Shown here: piece after piece, positions 62,312 to 64,000 of the stretch
Numbering within the stretch: the first letter of the stretch is position 1
Layout: the number at the start of each line of letters is the position of its first letter
NCBI GenBank assembly: GCA_001949185.1
Contig: BDGG01000002.1
Coordinates: 2,911,826 to 2,975,825 of the forward strand
Direction: 5' to 3'
Source: Ramazzottius varieornatus
Lineage: Eukaryota > Animalia > Tardigrada
Length of the DNA stretch: 64,000 nt
The notes under the pieces: generated by a model
What the model was told of the DNA's origin: nothing
Databases searched by the model: none
What the model saw: the letters and a program-made list of their open reading frames with translations, nothing else
Program-made: the position numbers and the translations under genes

Positions 62312-63596
62312 ATTAAGCCGCTGCAATGCTCGAGATTTCTCCGAAAAAAATTTGCGCATTTCCGGAAAATACCAATCATAATATCCCATATGGCTCTATA
62401 GAACTTAGCCTGTGTTCACCGTACACTGTGTGGTACACTTTAATCGTTAACAAATCCCAGACTTCTGATAGGTGTTTTCTTTCCCGTCATCGAACGACCC
62501 GTAGTCACTCACAGTACGGTGGTAATCCTAAGAAAGAATTTCCTTTGCGACAAGTGCGAAGGTCAGCATGAGCGTGAATGTCTGAAAAGAAGATACCGCA
62601 CCTATTAACGGTTCTGCGAGATTTCCTCTCAGTTGTGGTGTATTTCATCTGGTTTCCACTTAAGAAGCTGCTCCAAAGATTGCCATAAGGGTCCGGTTAA
62701 TTCTCAACCAGTCACTTCGTACTTCCTCGTAAACTGCCGAAAGCCGGTCCATGGCATGCGAGCAATCTCGTATCGAAGTATTGGCATAAGTGACAGTCGT
62801 GAGTCTCTCGCAAGTTTTTCAGCGAGTGGCACACAAAAAAGCTGGACACAGCGAGCAAGAGGCGTCAGCGGTTCCATTAGGGTCGCTTTAAAGTTCTTAT
62901 TCGTAACAAAGTGGGCCATTTGGTGAACTTAGTGTCTACAGGAAAAGTAATATCTACAGGAAAAGTCCACAGCACGCCAGCAGGTAAAATAAACCACTGT
63001 ACGACAGGATGAACTTTCCGACATTCACGCGGACTGACGCCTTGAGAGGGCAGGTCGCTGACGTTTTGGGCGTAAAGAATCGAAAGAACATCAGAAAGCG
63101 GTACTGTGGCAAACATCTCGTTCGGTTGACCGTTTCCGCTTTGTCGGCCACAAACGAAGTAAGAGGCCATCACAGACATCTAATCGACAATTAGACTATG
63201 TAAGGTTCGCCAAATGAAGGCTTACAGATAAAACTGTTGCTATCGTAGCTTGCAAAATGCAGAAAGCCGTCGATCCTTTTAGTTTATGATGAGTCCCAAA
63301 GGGGAGGATTTCACAAAGATTCTAAAGCTGACTTCGCAGATTACACCCTGTAGGCGGATGTTTCCGCTGTCTCGTAATTGGATAATTGCGATAGGGGCAG
63401 ACTAAAGTGCAAAAGAGATAGGACGGTGAGAAGTGCGAACTGGGCCTCGTGTAGTGTACTATTTGACAGGGTCCGCAACATCAAATAGATGGTAAAATAA
63501 CGCTTTAAGTACTTTCGAGGATAACCTATTCCCAGGCAAATAGCAAGTACACAAACAACATAATACAGAAAACCTCCTCGACGACAGGCCGAGATG

Positions 63597-64000
63597 GTAC
63601 CTGCTCAAAATATCGTTTGACTACAATGCCGACCATAAATATCGCGTGACCAAAATGTTAACTGACTTCGACATTGATCAGAATGTGGTTAACTGGTGTA
63701 TATATCGTTTGCTCGCATTCCCGATGGTGCAGAATACCGATTAGTCATTGGGTCATATCCATAACTTGCGATGCGTTTTGGTGGCCGTGACGCTTTTGAA
63801 CAATGTTATTTGACACCGAAGTTCATTTTCAAAGATTCCCAAAGGTGTTAGTAAGAGCCGTTGGGTGTTTTGATGTATTTCACGAAGCGATATACTGTAT
63901 CGGCTAATATCATGGAGAGTGCTCCGCACACCGCCGAAAACCACGATTGTCTCTGCACACCACCATTCACCACTGTAGTCTCTTAATACCACCATTTCCC
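63597..64000 (+). repeat. Dispersed repeat (runs off the window end), joining the segments seen at 8737-8808 and 10620-10945
   Basis: Sequence identity to both upstream segments in collinear order. Confidence 0.85.

Noticed and set aside
1-64000. Prokaryotic operons, defence systems, rRNA or tRNA genes
   Set aside because: Spliceosomal introns occur throughout, and no such structures were recognisable.

Overview
Eukaryotic (animal) genomic DNA, not prokaryotic. It has many short GT-AG introns (about 50-150 nt), roughly balanced GC and compact genes; by inference this resembles a tardigrade-type ecdysozoan, but the sequence alone cannot prove the taxon. Host genes reconstructed by hand: a secreted Cys-rich dermatopontin-like protein, a GH3-domain protein, a small candidate neuropeptide precursor, a Gfi-1/senseless zinc-finger factor, an orphan two-exon gene, thyroglobulin type-1 repeat proteins, a processed Gly/Ser-rich secreted peptide, a Kazal protein, a CASD1/PC-esterase-like SGNH protein, a divergent group-4-like opsin, a Gly-rich secreted structural protein, a truncated arylsulfatase and an intronless class I SAM methyltransferase. 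DNA transposons are abundant: pogo-type MITEs, a hAT MITE, CCAGCC-ended elements with 2-bp TSDs, a Tigger/pogo transposase and a full-length Tc5-like element with 145-bp TIRs. The most notable region is 38.7-50.6 kb, where two decayed CMC/EnSpm (CACTA/Mirage)-like transposases each lie convergent with a chromatin-type accessory gene: one encodes an AWS-like/SET/post-SET methyltransferase preceded by a P-loop, the other a probable BEN-domain protein. This suggests a transposon family carrying its own chromatin-modifying cargo. No rRNA, tRNA or CRISPR array was seen. All gene models are manual and unverified.
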